From the IMG/VR virus record IMGVR_UViG_3300008740_000012, positions 1-52,667 of that record: a stretch of DNA of 52,667 nt. One strand, given 5' to 3'. The position numbers and the translations under genes are program-made. Below the pieces are notes generated by a model. It made no database searches and was not told the DNA's origin. It worked only from the letters and a program-made list of their open reading frames with translations. Source of the stretch: a virus. Its lineage: Duplodnaviria > Caudoviricetes. How positions within the stretch are numbered: the first letter of the stretch is position 1; each line of letters begins with the position of its first letter. Below are positions 11,138 to 20,512 of this stretch, piece after piece.

Positions 11138-14100
11138 ATGGCACATCGCACATTAATAGGAAATAGACCAGAAACAGGAGAAGCCGGCCTTTGGGTATCA
11201 AAGCCTGGGGCAAATGTTTTGGACCCTGATATTGTGTTGGCGAATCTTACGTTTGATTCGTCCAGTCCCTTGGACTCCTTGCGTATTATTCAGACAGGAA
11301 CATTTCAAATTCAATGTAAAAAAACCTACATGGGGAAAAAAGGAAATCTTGAGATTTGCACAGACGAACAGATGAGAGCAAATGCAGATTATACCAAACG
11401 ATATCCATTTGAATTAGATACACAGAGTGATACTGATTTTTATGCAGAATCTCCTGTGAGCAGTAGTGTTGGTATTTATGGATATGAAGAAGGACAAACG
11501 CCGTTTGTGGGGGAAGGGTTCAATCAACAATATGTACAAAATGTATATTGTGATTATGGAACAACCACAATTGAATTTAATCCACCACTCCCCAAGCATA
11601 TCAAGATTCCTTATATTTCTGTTTTTTTCGCAGTCGCAAATTCTTCTGGACATTTTCATCCCTGGTATGCAAATGTGACTTGTACAACAGGGAAAGAAGA
11701 TTATGAGTGGCAGTATGCAAACAGTCAACATTGTGTGCATATGGATTCTGCATGGTTTCGTGGAAAATGGACGTTTAGGGAACGTGCAGTTGCTCCCTTT
11801 GGAACTGATTTGAATAATGATTATCAATTTGATGTAACAGCGCCCAGTCCAGATAAGGCTCTTTTTGATCATTTCTTCTCCGGCGGACGCGGCGATGTGA
11901 GTAGAGATTTTATTTCTGGCAAAGAAGCAGTGCATCCTAAATTATATAAACAAAAATATAGAAAGAGGCCGGGTACACATCAATCTTATATTGAAGAATC
12001 ACAGCCATATGCCCAACCTTCGGAGCCGGCCACCGCGTGGGGAGAAACTCCTACTATAATTACAACTAGTGTTCCACATAATAAGTATGAAACTGGAATC
12101 GGTACTAATCGTATTCCGCATCCATTCGCCGCGTCTGATTCCTTCAGCTACATCGTACAAGAATCGCCGGGAAATAGATACCTATCTGGAGGTGGACTCA
12201 CCACACCCTCGCCCAGCGGGGGTTTACCCCTTCCGGGCAGCGTCGTGGAAGAGATCATGGGAACCCAATCTGAAGAACAGCAAATAGAAGAAAGAAATGC
12301 AAAACTTGGTTTGAATATTCCTTATTATGCAAATAGAGATATACCAAATAAAAATTCATTTTCAAATAATAATCTTCTTGTTGTAAATACCTTTTCCTTT
12401 AATCAGTCCATCACAGATTTAAATTCGCCTTCTTCTATTTGGGGGGGCACATTCAAATCATTTGCTGGGCTACAGGGGTTAAGTTATTTTGCAAACAGCA
12501 CACATCTTAAAATTGATGGGTTCATGACCCCTACACATTCTCCGACTCCATTTGAAACAGAAATTGTCAAAACAAGAGAAGCCAACCCAAAAGCAGGGCA
12601 ATTTGATTGGTTTAGTGATAGACAAGGAGATATTGGTGAAGGCGCTGCCGAATTTGGTAAAGGAAATAAAATTTTACGAAATTATTTACATGATAGATTT
12701 TTAGAAATACAAGCTCCTTCAAATGACAACCAAAGAGATGGCAGATATGATGTGCATAATTTTTCAGATAGTCTTCCTTTAGACGACCCACAATTTTCAG
12801 TATATGATTTGGGCCCAAGAACTGGAACATTAACTAGTGCTCAGGTATCAGAACGAATTCGTGCAAAATGGGCCAACACCGTTTATAATTTAGAATTTGA
12901 CCGCTTTGGCAACATTAGAAAAAATGTAGGATTGTCTGTTGGGTTTCATGATTTTTCTAATGGGGCAATCAATATACCCAAATATCCCAAACATGAAACG
13001 GGAGATCTTTCGGCAGGCGACCCAATTTCTACAATTCCATTGGCTCACATTCCTGACCCCTGGGAAAATATGGTAGGCAAGGCATGGGAAGCCGGGTATG
13101 GTCTTGATTATAAGGAAAAGCTTCCAAGGTCGTTTCGCACAAATTATTGGGACGGAAGCAGCACAGAGTTTGAGTGGTGGCCAATCGGTCATGCAAACGG
13201 AAGTTTTACAATTGCATATCAGACTGCAAATAATGTTGATGGCACTAATTTTGGCATACATAATGATTTGGCATTGGATGAAGTTCCAACATTTAGTACC
13301 TCACAAAGAGATAAAGATACAAAGGAACGTCCAGGGGCATTATATCAAAATAAAGATTACAGAGACATTCTTAAAGAACAACTTAAAAAAGATGCAATTG
13401 ATATGGGATTTGAAGCAGAGTCGGTGCAGTTCAAAGATGACCATAAATTATATGTGGCAGCAACCTATGGTGACTATAGCCCAATTACATATTTTGGTGT
13501 GGATAATGTGTCACACACGAAATTTCCAAGAGATTATGCCAACGCAGACCCAACTGCGGCTACAGGTGGAGGAGATCTTTGGGATTCAGAAGAACAACCA
13601 TCTCCGTTCTGGCCAATAATAAATAAAGGAACTCGGTTCTCAAATCAACTTCCGACAACAGAAGCCAAGGGATATCCTCCAAATTCACAGTATGAACCCG
13701 GAGATGCCTTCCTGAAAACCAGAACATTCCAGGGTCAACCCACAAGTTTAGATTCATTTTGGAATTCTTTTTCAAATAACATGTCTCAATGGGTTTCTTC
13801 AAATACACCATATGGAGAATTTTATTATACAGATGGTGGATATGCAATGGATGTTTCTTCATATTATAATTATGCAGGGCAACACGCACCATATTCGGCA
13901 GAAAAGGTTAGCCTAAGAGAAGTTGATACAATTGACCTTGGCGGTGGAAATAAAGCAAACCAACATTTTAAAGTCATTAAATTCATTCCATCTGATTGGA
14001 ATAGTCAAAGACAATCTCTTGCAAAGCACAATTGGAATGGCGGAAATCCAAAGGCAGGAATTGGAACAGAAGGAAGACGATTTGGGTTTGGTGGTGCCGG

Positions 14101-14194
14101 TTCCGCAGAAGCTCTTGGTGGCGAAGGCCCAAATGTTTTTGATACTTACATTGGTAAATATATAATATATGACCTTGAAGGAGGAAATAGTTAA
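11138..14194 (+). CDS. Large virion structural/tail-fibre-associated protein
   Basis: 1018 aa. N-term RTLIG..GLWVSKPGANV..LTFDS..LRIIQTG is paralogous to the 6614 ORF. Confidence 0.65.
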   Translation: MAHRTLIGNRPETGEAGLWVSKPGANVLDPDIVLANLTFDSSSPLDSLRIIQTGTFQIQCKKTYMGKKGNLEICTDEQMRANADYTKRYPFELDTQSDTDFYAESPVSSSVGIYGYEEGQTPFVGEGFNQQYVQNVYCDYGTTTIEFNPPLPKHIKIPYISVFFAVANSSGHFHPWYANVTCTTGKEDYEWQYANSQHCVHMDSAWFRGKWTFRERAVAPFGTDLNNDYQFDVTAPSPDKALFDHFFSGGRGDVSRDFISGKEAVHPKLYKQKYRKRPGTHQSYIEESQPYAQPSEPATAWGETPTIITTSVPHNKYETGIGTNRIPHPFAASDSFSYIVQESPGNRYLSGGGLTTPSPSGGLPLPGSVVEEIMGTQSEEQQIEERNAKLGLNIPYYANRDIPNKNSFSNNNLLVVNTFSFNQSITDLNSPSSIWGGTFKSFAGLQGLSYFANSTHLKIDGFMTPTHSPTPFETEIVKTREANPKAGQFDWFSDRQGDIGEGAAEFGKGNKILRNYLHDRFLEIQAPSNDNQRDGRYDVHNFSDSLPLDDPQFSVYDLGPRTGTLTSAQVSERIRAKWANTVYNLEFDRFGNIRKNVGLSVGFHDFSNGAINIPKYPKHETGDLSAGDPISTIPLAHIPDPWENMVGKAWEAGYGLDYKEKLPRSFRTNYWDGSSTEFEWWPIGHANGSFTIAYQTANNVDGTNFGIHNDLALDEVPTFSTSQRDKDTKERPGALYQNKDYRDILKEQLKKDAIDMGFEAESVQFKDDHKLYVAATYGDYSPITYFGVDNVSHTKFPRDYANADPTAATGGGDLWDSEEQPSPFWPIINKGTRFSNQLPTTEAKGYPPNSQYEPGDAFLKTRTFQGQPTSLDSFWNSFSNNMSQWVSSNTPYGEFYYTDGGYAMDVSSYYNYAGQHAPYSAEKVSLREVDTIDLGGGNKANQHFKVIKFIPSDWNSQRQSLAKHNWNGGNPKAGIGTEGRRFGFGGAGSAEALGGEGPNVFDTYIGKYIIYDLEGGNS

Positions 14195-14195
14195 T

Positions 14196-14666
14196 ATGTC
14201 TGTTGATGGAACTAAAACAGTTTATGTATACGAAGAGAATTCAGGAAGGATACAATATACAATAGAGGATGTACATCCTGCACAAATTCAAAACTTTAAT
14301 AAAAAAGGAATTGAATTTTATCTTGGCGAAAAGGGTCACAGAATTGCAGGAACTTTTGTAAAGAAAGATGATGCAGGCAATCCTATTGGTGTATCTCCCA
14401 TTCAACATATGACGTTTATCAATATTAATAAACACACCATTGTTGCAGATGGAGTTGATGAGGCAGTTATTACTGGATTAATTAAAGGTATGCATGTAAA
14501 TATAAACAACGAACACTCTTATATTGTTAAAGATGAAGACGACAAAACGCTAGAACTATCGTGTGATAAATATTCTTATCTTCCACAACACAATCATATG
14601 ACAGTTTATTTCAAGGCATATGGATATCATGATTCACAAATAAAAATTAATGTAATCGAAGGATAG
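14196..14666 (+). CDS. Hypothetical tail-associated protein
   Basis: Start refined to ATG 14196 after GGAGG. Tight operon spacing. Confidence 0.65.
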   Translation: MSVDGTKTVYVYEENSGRIQYTIEDVHPAQIQNFNKKGIEFYLGEKGHRIAGTFVKKDDAGNPIGVSPIQHMTFININKHTIVADGVDEAVITGLIKGMHVNINNEHSYIVKDEDDKTLELSCDKYSYLPQHNHMTVYFKAYGYHDSQIKINVIEG

Positions 14667-14671
14667 AGAAA

Positions 14672-15115
14672 ATGAAATTCAAACGAGATAATACCAAGGT
14701 TGCTTTGACACAAGAAATGAAAGATGCTGCAATTCAAGAGCAACAAGAAAAACAAGAAAATGCAAAAAGAATTGCACGGAGAAAGAGAAAGGATGTTGAA
14801 AAAAGGAGAATAGCCGAAAGAAAATATGAACAAGCAGTTCAACCAGCAATTGCTCGAAAACGATCATATCCTCCAATTGAAGATCAGCTTGACAAGCTTT
14901 GGCATGACATGGATTCTGGATACATTAAAGTCAATAAACGAAATGCAAATACATGGTATCATGGAATAAAAAAAATAAAAGAACATACTCCGTTGGCCAA
15001 TTCATGGAAAAGTGATTTAGAAGATGCCTATAAAGAAATAGTTCGTCTTAATAAAGAATTGGCTGCTGCCAAAGTAGATGCTGCCAAGACAGATAATGAT
15101 ATTGAAAATGTATAA
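14672..15115 (+). CDS. Putative tail-fibre assembly/chaperone-like protein
   Basis: RKRSYPPIEDQLDKLWHDM..WYHGIKKIKE motif of the kind found in small genes next to phage fibre genes. Confidence 0.5.
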   Translation: MKFKRDNTKVALTQEMKDAAIQEQQEKQENAKRIARRKRKDVEKRRIAERKYEQAVQPAIARKRSYPPIEDQLDKLWHDMDSGYIKVNKRNANTWYHGIKKIKEHTPLANSWKSDLEDAYKEIVRLNKELAAAKVDAAKTDNDIENV

Positions 15116-15118
15116 ATA
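15111..15118 (+). promoter_or_regulatory. T4-type late promoter TATAAATA
   Basis: Exact gp55 consensus upstream of the 15154/gp13 operon. Confidence 0.8.
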
Positions 15119-15153
15119 CTAAAGAGGTGTTACAATAATAAGGAATTCCTGCA

Positions 15154-15498
15154 ATGGCAAGCAGATCTAAAAATATATCTATTGATATTGGGGCAGATTA
15201 TTCTACAAATGTCTATGCATATGCAAATGGGTCTGTTATTACACCCTTAGATTTAACAGGTTATTCTGCCAATGGTCATGTCAAAAAGAGTTATTATCAT
15301 TCCAATACGGCAGCAACATTTAATGTGTGGATACAGGATGCAACTGCGGGAGTTGTTAATTTGGTATTAAATCGTGCCAATACATCTACTCTTTCTCCTG
15401 GCAATTATGTTTATGACGTTATGGTTATGGATTTGGGAGGGACCAAAACTAGAATTGTAGAAGGTATCATAACTGCAACCCCTGGAGTATCAAAGTAA
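15154..15498 (+). CDS. Small virion structural protein (beta-sandwich type) preceding gp13
   Basis: DLTGYSA..VKKSY..G.YVYDV..TRIVEG...TPGV motif typical of this position in marine T4-like phages. Confidence 0.65.
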   Translation: MASRSKNISIDIGADYSTNVYAYANGSVITPLDLTGYSANGHVKKSYYHSNTAATFNVWIQDATAGVVNLVLNRANTSTLSPGNYVYDVMVMDLGGTKTRIVEGIITATPGVSK

Positions 15499-16250
15499 TG
15501 GCAGAGCCAACAACAAGAGCAACATTTATTGATTATGTCAAGAGGCGTCTGGGCCATCCAGTTATTGAAGTGAACGTGGACGAACATCAAATGGAAGATC
15601 GAATTGATGATGCCCTGCGGTTTTGGCAGGAGTACCATTTCGATGGAACCGAAAAATTGCTTGAGACACATGTGGTTGATGCTGACGATATTACCAACAA
15701 ATATCTGGAACTCTCTTCTGCTCAGGACAATGCAATCATTGGTATCAGCAGAATGCTCGGAACATCAGGGCAGACAACCAACATGTTTTCTGTTCGTTAT
15801 CAAATGGCATTCAATGACATTGCGACATATAGCACCCGTGGTGTACGAGAGATGCAAAATTATTGGATGAGACTATCTCATCTGAATATGATTCAAGATT
15901 TGATTAGTGGCATGAGCAATCTAAGATTTAACCGAGTGACAAACAAAGTCTACATTGATTGGGATTGGAGCAAAGATGTTTCGGCAGGAGATTATATTGT
16001 ACTGGAAACATATCAGGCAGTTGGAGACACAACAGAATTGTGGTCAAATATGTTTCTAAAAAGTTATGCAACTGCATTGGTCAAAGAACAATGGGGAATG
16101 AATCTCAGTAAATTTGAAGGAGTTCAATTGCCGGGTGGTGTCACACTAAATGGTCGTGCCATTCTTGAAGATGCCAAAGCAGAAATTGCACAATTGAAGG
16201 AACAGATGTCAACATCATTTGAGCTTCCTGTAGACTTTATGGTGGGGTAA
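15498..16250 (+). CDS. gp13: Neck protein gp13
   Basis: RRLGHPVIEVNV, KEQWGMNLSKFEGVQLPGGVTLNG motifs. Synteny. Confidence 0.95.
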   Translation: MAEPTTRATFIDYVKRRLGHPVIEVNVDEHQMEDRIDDALRFWQEYHFDGTEKLLETHVVDADDITNKYLELSSAQDNAIIGISRMLGTSGQTTNMFSVRYQMAFNDIATYSTRGVREMQNYWMRLSHLNMIQDLISGMSNLRFNRVTNKVYIDWDWSKDVSAGDYIVLETYQAVGDTTELWSNMFLKSYATALVKEQWGMNLSKFEGVQLPGGVTLNGRAILEDAKAEIAQLKEQMSTSFELPVDFMVG

Positions 16251-16256
16251 TAAGCC

Positions 16257-16907
16257 ATGCCCACAAATCCACACATCAATAACTTTACAAACACACCAGA
16301 GCAAACTCTTGTTGAGGATTTGTTAATCGAGAGTATCAAATTTTATGGAATGGATGTCCATTGGATTCCAAGAATTACATCCAGTAGCCCAGATCAAATT
16401 TTTGGCGAAGATACTCTTGCCAGTTTCAGTTATAACCGCATGATTGAAATGTATATTAAGAATGTGGAGGGATTTGAAGGACAAGGCGATTTTCTTTCCA
16501 AGTTTGGGCTGGACATACGAGATCAAATTACATTCACGGTTGCCATCCGAAGATTTGAACAACTTGAATCTGGATATTCCCGCCCACGCGAAGGAGATTT
16601 GATTTACTTCCCACTCAACAAGAAGTTATTTGAAATTCAATTTGTTGAGCATGAGAGCATGTTCTATCCAACAGGAACCCTGCCTGTATATGATCTTCGT
16701 TGTGAACTATTTGCATATAATCAACAGTCCATCAACACAGGCATTGATGAGATTGATCAAATAGCACTGACCACTGGTCCGCGAGGTCAGGCATTTACTT
16801 CAAATGCACTTGCTGTCACAACCGACAAGGAAGACAATCTTTCCATTGAAGACAGAGCCGATGCAATTCTCGATTTCAGTGATTCTAATCCATTTGGGAG
16901 TTTCTAA
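16257..16907 (+). CDS. gp14: Neck protein gp14
   Basis: EQTLVEDL..ESIK, SKFGL, RPREGDLIYFP, NPFG C-term. Confidence 0.95.
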   Translation: MPTNPHINNFTNTPEQTLVEDLLIESIKFYGMDVHWIPRITSSSPDQIFGEDTLASFSYNRMIEMYIKNVEGFEGQGDFLSKFGLDIRDQITFTVAIRRFEQLESGYSRPREGDLIYFPLNKKLFEIQFVEHESMFYPTGTLPVYDLRCELFAYNQQSINTGIDEIDQIALTTGPRGQAFTSNALAVTTDKEDNLSIEDRADAILDFSDSNPFGSF

Positions 16908-16910
16908 ATT

Positions 16911-18371
16911 ATGTTATCCGAAGCATTTTCACATGGGCTGATACGAGATTTTGTGGTTGCCTTTGGTACATTGTTTAACAATATCAAAATAAATAGACGA
17001 GCAGCCAGTGGTGAAACCGAAGACACAATTGCAATTCCTTTGTCTTATGCTCCACAACAAAGATATCTTGAACGAATTACACAAGATCTAAATCTGGATC
17101 GACCTGTTGCCATGTCTCTGCCAAGAATGTCATTTGAAATAATTTCAATGAATTATTCTTCTGAAAGAAAATTGAATACAATGCAGAGATACTATGGAAA
17201 AAGAACAGATGCCTCAAATACAGAAATATCTTCGTCATATGCTCCTGTTCCATATGATTTTAATTTTCAGTTGAGTGTATTCATTACCAACATTGAAGAT
17301 GGAACACATATTGTTGAACAAATCCTTCCATATTTTACTCCTGAATTTACACTCAGCCTAAAAAGTGTTACTGAATTGGGTGTTGCGTTAGACCTTCCGG
17401 TTGTTCTTAACTCGGTAAACATGGAAGATAGTTATGAGGGGGGTTTTGATGAAAGAAGAATTATAATTTGGACTTTGGATTTTACATTGAAAGGTCATTT
17501 GTTTGGTCCGGTGGCCAATTATGGTTTGATCAATAAAGCCATAGTTAATTTTCACACATCATCAAATACTGCAATTGCAAATAATTATGAACAAATGGTT
17601 AGTCAGCCAGCAATGTTTGCAAATGGAAGTTCAACAAATTCGGCAGCATTGAGTGTTCAATTCAATTTGATTGCTTCCAACAGTGATTATGGAATTTCAC
17701 AAGAAATATATGGGATAGACGAAGACCCGAATACATTTAAACTGTGGGATTTTGAACAAGGATCTCATCAACAAACTGTATCTTTTGGGCCCTGGGCAGG
17801 AAATACATCGTATGATGGTTGGGAATCATTTGAGGCTGGATTGACTGCAAATGGAGATGTTGTTCTTTCCAGACCCCATTCTTTTTTGAGACATACAATA
17901 TCAAAAACTGCACCTCTTTTGGGCACATCAGCTTATAGCGAAGATGCTCAGTTACGAATATATGCAAATTCAACACCAAAGGATACATTTTCACAATTCT
18001 ATGGAAAGAATTATCAAAATGTGTCCATGAGATTCAGAATCAAGGACACCAATAGTACCGGAGATAGTGTGTTTACTTGGAAAGGGCAGTTAAGATGGTT
18101 GACCACAGATAGTCTTGAAAAAGAATGGTCAAGCGGAACCACAAATAGATATATCGAATCCGGCACTCCCTCTGATTATACCACCAGTGATTTTGATGTA
18201 CTTTCACAAAACTTTCAAACCATTAACTTTGACCTTTCTGGAAGGGATGATTGGAATGATAGAATTATTACAGGTCTTTGGATTGACCTTTTTAATGCCG
18301 GAGATAATAATAGCGAAATGGTCATTGAAACAGACATAGATTATATTAAAATTTCTGCAAATACAGGATAA
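16911..18371 (+). CDS. gp15: Tail sheath stabiliser/terminator gp15 with ~210-aa C-terminal extension
   Basis: AFGTLFNNI, LPRMSFE, PVPY, EQILPYFTP, RRIIIWTLDFT motifs in the first ~270 aa. Confidence 0.92.
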   Translation: MLSEAFSHGLIRDFVVAFGTLFNNIKINRRAASGETEDTIAIPLSYAPQQRYLERITQDLNLDRPVAMSLPRMSFEIISMNYSSERKLNTMQRYYGKRTDASNTEISSSYAPVPYDFNFQLSVFITNIEDGTHIVEQILPYFTPEFTLSLKSVTELGVALDLPVVLNSVNMEDSYEGGFDERRIIIWTLDFTLKGHLFGPVANYGLINKAIVNFHTSSNTAIANNYEQMVSQPAMFANGSSTNSAALSVQFNLIASNSDYGISQEIYGIDEDPNTFKLWDFEQGSHQQTVSFGPWAGNTSYDGWESFEAGLTANGDVVLSRPHSFLRHTISKTAPLLGTSAYSEDAQLRIYANSTPKDTFSQFYGKNYQNVSMRFRIKDTNSTGDSVFTWKGQLRWLTTDSLEKEWSSGTTNRYIESGTPSDYTTSDFDVLSQNFQTINFDLSGRDDWNDRIITGLWIDLFNAGDNNSEMVIETDIDYIKISANTG

Positions 18372-18377
18372 TAAATT

Positions 18378-18803
18378 ATGAATAACAAAGAAAAAATTGA
18401 ACAACTAGAACTTTTGCCCCCAGAAGATGATTCGTTGGTGGAAACAACAGAACGACATACACACCAAGACCAAGACTATGAATATGTTCGCAACAATCTA
18501 CAAAACATCATTGACACCGGCAGCACGGTACTTCAGGGAATTGTAGAACTGGCAGAAGAGTCTGACCATCCGAGAGCATATGAGGTTGTCGGTCAAATCA
18601 TGCGTCAGCTTGCAGAGACGAACAAGGATCTTATTGAACTTCAGAAAGACATGAAGAAGATCAAAAATGAAGAGTCTGCCAAGAAAGTGACACAGAATGC
18701 AATTTTTATGGGTTCGACTGCCGAACTTCAGAAATTCCTTCGGGGACAAGGGCATCTCAGTCAAAAGATAAAGGATGCAAAGACAAAGAAAGTCGATGGC
18801 TGA
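18378..18803 (+). CDS. gp16: Terminase small subunit gp16
   Basis: DYEYVRNNL, HPRAYEV, FMGSTAELQK motifs. Confidence 0.93.
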   Translation: MNNKEKIEQLELLPPEDDSLVETTERHTHQDQDYEYVRNNLQNIIDTGSTVLQGIVELAEESDHPRAYEVVGQIMRQLAETNKDLIELQKDMKKIKNEESAKKVTQNAIFMGSTAELQKFLRGQGHLSQKIKDAKTKKVDG

Positions 18804-20421
18804 AGAACAAACTTCATATCTTGGCAATCCGCTATTAAAACCTGCCGGGACTCCTCACAATTTTACAGAAGAGGAGCTTGAGGAGTACCTGAAGTGTTCT
18901 GCTGATCCAGAGTATTTTATTGAAAATCATATTAAGGTTGTGCATGTTGACCTTGGTGTAATTCCATTCAAACTTTGGGATTTTCAGAAAACAATGGTCA
19001 ACACGATCCATAAAAATCGGTTTTCTATTTTCTGTACACCGAGACAGGTCGGCAAGTCCACCACTGTTGTTGCCTATTTCCTTTGGTACATCTTGTTCAA
19101 TGAAGATGTCAACATTGCAGTGCTGGCAAACAAAGGTTCCCTGGCTCGTGATATTCTGGGGCGACTCCAACTTGCATATGAAAATCTTCCCAAGTATTTA
19201 CAACAGGGTGTATTGATCTGGAACAAGGGCAATATTGAATTAGAGAATGGTTCAAAGATTATTGCATCATCGACTTCATCTTCGGCAATTCGTGGTGGCA
19301 CCTACAATATGATTTTGTTGGACGAGTTTGCATTCGTTCCGCCTAACATTGCCGATGAGTTCATGGCATCAGTCTATCCCACAATTTCGTCTGGCACATC
19401 CACCAAGATTGTGGTGGTTTCCACTCCCAATGGGCTGAACCACTTCTACAAGATGTGGGAAGATGCACGAGAAAAACGAAATAACTATGTCCCGGTTGAT
19501 GTTCATTGGAGAGATGTTCCTGGCAGAGACGATGAGTGGAAAAAAGAAACCATTCGGAATATTGGCAAGGAACGATGGGCCCAGGAATTTGAAGGAGAAT
19601 TTGTTGGTGGCGTCAACACGCTCATCAATGCGAGTGTGTTGAAAAATCTGGTATTTAAATCGCCAATTGAACAGGTAGGCGGAATTGATATTTATGAACA
19701 CCCAAAGGAAGATCGAATTTATGCAATAGGTGTTGATGTGTCAAGAGGAGAAAATCTTGATTATTCTGCATTTTCTGTGTTTGATGCAACCGAGTTTCCA
19801 TACAGACAAGTTGCCAAATATCGTAGTTCTTCGATTTCGACGCTCTTGTACCCCAGCGTTGTTGCATCGTGTGGGCAACAGTATAATGATGCCTATGTGT
19901 TGATTGAAACAAATGGCATTGGCCAACAGGTTGCAGACATTATGCATAATGAAATTGAATATGAGAATATTGTATTGATTACGGCAAAGGGTCGTGCAGG
20001 GCAGGTATTTGATGGAGGGTTCGGAAAGGGTGCCACACAATTAGGCATCACCATGTCAAAGAAAGTAAAACAAGTTGGATGTAATATGCTAAAGAATCTT
20101 ATTGAAGAACAGAAACTGATTACAAATGACTTTGAAACCATCTCTGAGTTGAGTTCTTTTATATCCAAGGCACAGTCATATGAAGCTGATGTTGGTTGTC
20201 ATGATGATTTGGTGATGACTCTATTATTATTTGCATGGTTGTCATCACAACCACATTTCAAAGATATAACAGACCTTGATTTGAGAAGGCGAATGCTCGA
20301 AGAAAAGATGCAGACATTGGAGAATGAGATTGTTCCTTTTGGATTTATAGACACAGCCAGAGAAGAAGAGGGTTTTGTGGATGACACCGGGCAGGCATGG
20401 TTCTATGTAAACAACCAATGA
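18796..20421 (+). CDS. gp17: Terminase large subunit gp17
   Basis: YLGNP start, Walker A RQVGKST, Walker B ILLDEFAF, STPNGLNHFY, nuclease DVSRG/HDDLVM. Start refined to ATG 18796. Confidence 0.97.
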   Translation: MAEEQTSYLGNPLLKPAGTPHNFTEEELEEYLKCSADPEYFIENHIKVVHVDLGVIPFKLWDFQKTMVNTIHKNRFSIFCTPRQVGKSTTVVAYFLWYILFNEDVNIAVLANKGSLARDILGRLQLAYENLPKYLQQGVLIWNKGNIELENGSKIIASSTSSSAIRGGTYNMILLDEFAFVPPNIADEFMASVYPTISSGTSTKIVVVSTPNGLNHFYKMWEDAREKRNNYVPVDVHWRDVPGRDDEWKKETIRNIGKERWAQEFEGEFVGGVNTLINASVLKNLVFKSPIEQVGGIDIYEHPKEDRIYAIGVDVSRGENLDYSAFSVFDATEFPYRQVAKYRSSSISTLLYPSVVASCGQQYNDAYVLIETNGIGQQVADIMHNEIEYENIVLITAKGRAGQVFDGGFGKGATQLGITMSKKVKQVGCNMLKNLIEEQKLITNDFETISELSSFISKAQSYEADVGCHDDLVMTLLLFAWLSSQPHFKDITDLDLRRRMLEEKMQTLENEIVPFGFIDTAREEEGFVDDTGQAWFYVNNQ

Positions 20422-20434
20422 AAAACTCCTTTTT

Positions 20435-20442
20435 TATAAATA
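20435..20442 (+). promoter_or_regulatory. Late promoter TATAAATA (gp18)
   Basis: Exact consensus in the intergenic gap. Confidence 0.85.
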
Positions 20443-20512
20443 TTGAGGAATAAGTTTATGGTTTATATTGATATTATATTATCTTGCCATATTCCTCAAA
20501 GGAGAAAAAGAC

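Noticed and set aside
1-14194. Diversity-generating retroelement or invertase-driven fibre switching
   Set aside because: No reverse transcriptase, recombinase or nucleotide-level template/variable repeat seen. The adhesin paralogs are similar only at protein level.
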